A stretch of 18,815 nt of DNA. Source: Thermoplasmata archaeon. Lineage in GTDB: Archaea > Thermoplasmatota > Thermoplasmata > GCA-020350865. Under the pieces are notes generated by a model, which was not told the origin of the DNA, searched no databases, and worked only from the letters and a program-made list of their open reading frames with translations. Positions 16,697 through 18,815 of the stretch are shown piece after piece. Made by a program: the position numbers and the translations under genes. How positions within the stretch are numbered: the stretch's first letter is position 1; every line of letters begins with the position of its first letter. Where the stretch lies: NCBI GenBank assembly GCA_020348445.1, contig CP070751.1, positions 2,361,506-2,380,320 of the forward strand, read 5' to 3'.

Positions 16697-16975
16697 TCGG
16701 CGATAAGGAACCCATACCGGGGAGCCTACGACCACGCGGCCGAGCCTTTGTAATCCCGATATCGTCGGTTATGCCTCACTCGATCCTCGAGCGGCTCCCC
16801 ACCAGGTCGTAGGGTCGACGGAGCCTGGGTTTTATCGCTCATACCTCGCTTTTACGGATGGGAGCACAAGGCGGACTCCGCTGCCGATCCTGGCCGCGAG
16901 CGAGCACTCGAGGCAGGACGCCGAGAGAGATACGTCCGGTCAGGATAGACCGGCCGGATCGGTGCTCTCGAGCGG
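16690..16975 (-). ncRNA. Candidate structured non-coding RNA or long leader
   Basis: No ORF of 60 aa or more; lies between promoters P1 and P2; several long stems (16884-95/16952-62, 16862-66/16963-67, 16701-14/16826-37, 16725-33/16805-13, 16719-26/16793-800). Confidence 0.35.
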
Positions 16976-16981
16976 TCTCCG

Positions 16982-17020
16982 ATTCTGTGAAATACCGCCC
17001 AAAATTACAAGCCGATTTTT
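16982..17020 (-). promoter_or_regulatory. Sigma70-like promoter P1 (leftward)
   Basis: Minus strand TTGTAA (17005-17010), 17-nt spacer, CAGAAT (16982-16987); the same AAAAATCGGC box abuts the -35. Confidence 0.5.
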
Positions 17021-17021
17021 C

Positions 17022-17050
17022 TAGATTTTTTTTTTAAAAAAATCCATAAT
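17022..17050 (+). promoter_or_regulatory. Sigma70-like rightward promoter for the + strand cluster
   Basis: TAGATT (17022-27), 17-nt T/A-tract spacer, CATAAT (17045-50), about 40 nt upstream of the ATG at 17092; back-to-back with P1. Confidence 0.45.
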
Positions 17051-17091
17051 AGAGGTCCCCCAGGGGAAAACCGACCAAAGGAAACCGACCC

Positions 17092-17367
17092 ATGAACGAG
17101 AAAGAAAAGCAAAACCTCGCAGTCCGACGGGAGCTCGAAAAGCTCGCCGAGGTCGTCGAGGGATTCCGCGACCTGGCAGACCAGGCTAAAGCCGAAGCGA
17201 AAGAGCTCGAGCTTTGGTGTCGCCGCATGGATAAGCTACGCGGAGACCTCTGGCTCGATAACGCTATCTCCGAGCTCGAGGACCTGGCAGAAACCTATAA
17301 GAGCCGAAAGCGGGACCGGCTCTCCGCTGTACTCTCTTTCCCGCATAACGAAAAGGAAACCGACTAA
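17092..17367 (+). CDS. Hypothetical helical protein
   Basis: ATG with SD AAGGA; TAATG coupling to the next gene. Confidence 0.75.
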   Translation: MNEKEKQNLAVRRELEKLAEVVEGFRDLADQAKAEAKELELWCRRMDKLRGDLWLDNAISELEDLAETYKSRKRDRLSAVLSFPHNEKETD

Positions 17368-17585
17368 TGAACGCATATCTAAAAATCGACTATTCTCGCG
17401 CCGGACTTTGGGACCTCGAAAAAATGTCCGACGAGGCTCTCGGAGCTATCACTCGCGCCGCGCTGCAATCCGCTATCGCGCAGCGTCTCGACTCCGATTA
17501 CGGGACTTACGCCGCGATAGCCTGGGAGGTCCAGGTACGCGACGAGGAGCCGCAGAAAGAGGAGGACGAGGAGTCCGAGTCGTGA
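17367..17585 (+). CDS. Hypothetical acidic protein
   Basis: ATG with SD AAGGA; GTGA coupling to the next gene. Confidence 0.75.
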   Translation: MNAYLKIDYSRAGLWDLEKMSDEALGAITRAALQSAIAQRLDSDYGTYAAIAWEVQVRDEEPQKEEDEESES

Positions 17586-17791
17586 GCCAGGTCACGATGA
17601 TAAAACGCGAGCTCGAGGCAGGAGGTAAGGTCTCGCAGCTATCCGCGCTCCGCGATTACGGGTGTATGCGCCTCTCGCACGTTATCTGGAAACTCCGGCA
17701 AAATGGGCTTAATATCGAGACCGACTGGAGAAACCAGCGCGGGAAGCGATACGCTGTCTACCGGCTTGTAAGCCCCGAGGACGAGACCTAG
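17582..17791 (+). CDS. Winged helix-turn-helix protein (HTH_39-like)
   Basis: True start is probably the GTG at 17582 (SD GAGGAG, GTGA overlap), not 17408. SQVTMIKRELEAGGKVSQLSALRDYGCMRLSHVIWKLRQNGLNIET...YAVYRL matches the phage HTH_39 pattern. Confidence 0.8.
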   Translation: MSQVTMIKRELEAGGKVSQLSALRDYGCMRLSHVIWKLRQNGLNIETDWRNQRGKRYAVYRLVSPEDET

Positions 17792-17827
17792 CAGGAGGGA
17801 ATAGTAAGGCTAGGGCCTACCCTTGCG

Positions 17828-17869
17828 CCGCGCCACGAGGCTCCTATTAGCTCTGGCGCGGTTTTTTTT
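17828..17869 (+). terminator. Intrinsic terminator after the HTH_39 gene
   Basis: CCGCGCCA (17828-35) pairs with TGGCGCGG (17854-61), with an inner bulged stem, followed by T8. Confidence 0.8.
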
Positions 17870-17887
17870 GGTTTTTTTTTGGAAAAA

Positions 17888-18223
17888 ATGAGCGATAACG
17901 ACCAGGAAACAAGTACCTACAGTCGACCTCCGGACCTGGAAAAGTACGCAGAGTCCGCGCCGACCAGGAGGGAGTTAGCCTGGGCTCTTTTGAAGCAGAC
18001 GAGAAACGCGACTTACGTCGCCATGAGGTATGGATATGATATCGACACTATGGAGAAAGCTCTCGAGCGCATACCGGAGGAGGAACCCTTACATCGGAAA
18101 CTCGCACGACGAGGCTACCGTCCAAATTCCTTACTGGGTCGAAGCGAATCCGAGCAAGCAGCAGAAACGCTACCGGAAAGTTTTAGCCGAGAGCCAGGAT
18201 CGGACGACGACCTCGGAGAGTAA
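17888..18223 (+). CDS. Putative HTH DNA-binding protein
   Basis: ATG at 17888 (track start 17879 is TTG). ATYVAMRYGYDIDTMEKAL fits the classical HTH register (A5, G9, hydrophobic 4/8/10/15); acidic tail REPGSDDDLGE. Confidence 0.6.
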   Translation: MSDNDQETSTYSRPPDLEKYAESAPTRRELAWALLKQTRNATYVAMRYGYDIDTMEKALERIPEEEPLHRKLARRGYRPNSLLGRSESEQAAETLPESFSREPGSDDDLGE

Positions 18224-18260
18224 GGCGCTCCGTCCCGGTCTGCTCGATTTACTCGACGAG

Positions 18261-18560
18261 CTATAAGCCGAGCTCGCGGAGGCAGTCTCCCAGGTCTCGC
18301 ACAATAGCGACCGGCCGACCCGTCCACGTTTCGATAAAGTCCGCCTGGTCAGGCTCGAGCCGGTTTTTACCTGCGGGATTTTTTACCTCCCATAAGTGCG
18401 TAATACCGTTATAGCCGACGACCAGGTCGACCGGCTTACCGATAACGACGACCTCGATCCCTGGTATCTGCTCGAGCGCTGCGACTAGCTCCTTTTGGTT
18501 ATCATCCTGGCGCGGATTATGGCCGCGATAGCCGCGAGACTGGTAGCGGTGTCTAGGCAT
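18261..18560 (-). CDS. VRR-NUC / PD-(D/E)XK nuclease (Holliday-junction resolvase-like)
   Basis: D.NQ..LV..L...PG..V.....PVDLVVG..G...LWEVK...L...Q..F...W.G pattern with catalytic D and ExK intact; SD AAGAGG 7-8 nt upstream. Confidence 0.85.
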   Translation of the reverse strand: MPRHRYQSRGYRGHNPRQDDNQKELVAALEQIPGIEVVVIGKPVDLVVGYNGITHLWEVKNPAGKNRLEPDQADFIETWTGRPVAIVRDLGDCLRELGL

Positions 18561-18569
18561 ATTTTTTCC

Positions 18570-18805
18570 CTCTTGTCAAGCCCCACCATAAAAAAATTTC
18601 GGTGTCAAGGGAAAATATCAGCGCAAAATAATTTACCAATAATCCCCGCCAAAAATCGTGCCAAGTTTTCGCTCGAGTCTTAACCCATACCGAAAAAAAC
18701 GCCAATAAAAACAGGCATTTACGGCCGATTTTCCCTCCCATTTTCCGCGACTTGACAAAACTTGAGATAAACGTTACGCTCGCCGCGACGTTGCTCTTGA
18801 CAAGC
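18570..18805. repeat. CTCTTGWCAAGC direct repeat containing the palindrome CTTGWCAAG
   Basis: CTCTTGTCAAGC at 18570-18581 and CTCTTGACAAGC at 18794-18805; further CTTGACA copies at 18603-09 (minus) and 18751-57. Confidence 0.75.
18752..18780 (+). promoter_or_regulatory. Sigma70-like promoter pointing out of the right end
   Basis: TTGACA (18752-57), 17-nt spacer, TACGCT (18775-80). Confidence 0.6.
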
Positions 18806-18815
18806 GGCCGACTTG

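Noticed and set aside
16726-16842. 38-aa minus-strand ORF MSDKTQAPSTLRPGGEPLEDRVRHNRRYRDYKGSAAWS as a possible mini-TerS or leader peptide
   Set aside because: SD GAGG is only 1 nt from the ATG, it is far too short for TerS, and it has no motif. It remains a minor alternative to the ncRNA idea.
17408-17581. N-terminal extension of the HTH ORF given in the track
   Set aside because: Overlaps the real gene 17367-17585 out of frame; GTG 17582 has an SD and GTGA coupling.
18495-18741. ORFs 18495-18683 (+) and 18553-18741 (-)
   Set aside because: 62-aa ORFs over an AT-rich regulatory region with no SD and no motif.
1-18815. CRISPR array, tRNA, integrase/att pair, terminal direct or inverted repeats
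   Set aside because: No regularly spaced repeats, cloverleaf, recombinase motifs or matching ends were seen.

Overview
The window is a compact podovirus-type (P22/SU10-like) tailed-phage region. From 16538 down to 234 the minus strand carries one tightly coupled late operon: large terminase, portal, scaffold, DUF5309/SU10-type major capsid, adaptor, tail fibre, nozzle, an unannotated 51-aa Cys-rich protein, holin, a second fibre, ejection proteins, an M15 peptidase endolysin and an FN3-like protein. A small divergent cluster (17092-18223, two HTH proteins) and a convergent VRR-NUC nuclease follow. I see no polymerase, helicase, primase, integrase, tRNA, CRISPR array or recognisable small terminase. 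The most striking observation is that the large terminase has intact ATPase motifs, but the conserved catalytic aspartates of its RNase H-like nuclease domain are replaced in exact register (WDLG->WSLE, PHD->PPA, HxADA->HYARS). Where TerS would normally sit there is a ~550-bp region with no ORF of 60 aa or more. It holds two look-alike sigma70 promoters flanking a ~290-nt, stem-rich segment. Together these suggest a non-cutting packaging motor, possibly with an RNA cofactor, analogous to phi29 (inference). The sequence also has an unusual oligonucleotide signature: CG, CTCGAG and CCWGG are enriched and TG/CA is depleted. Family assignments come from motif recognition by eye, no database searches were run, and counts are hand counts. 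The window cannot show whether this is a complete genome or a fragment.
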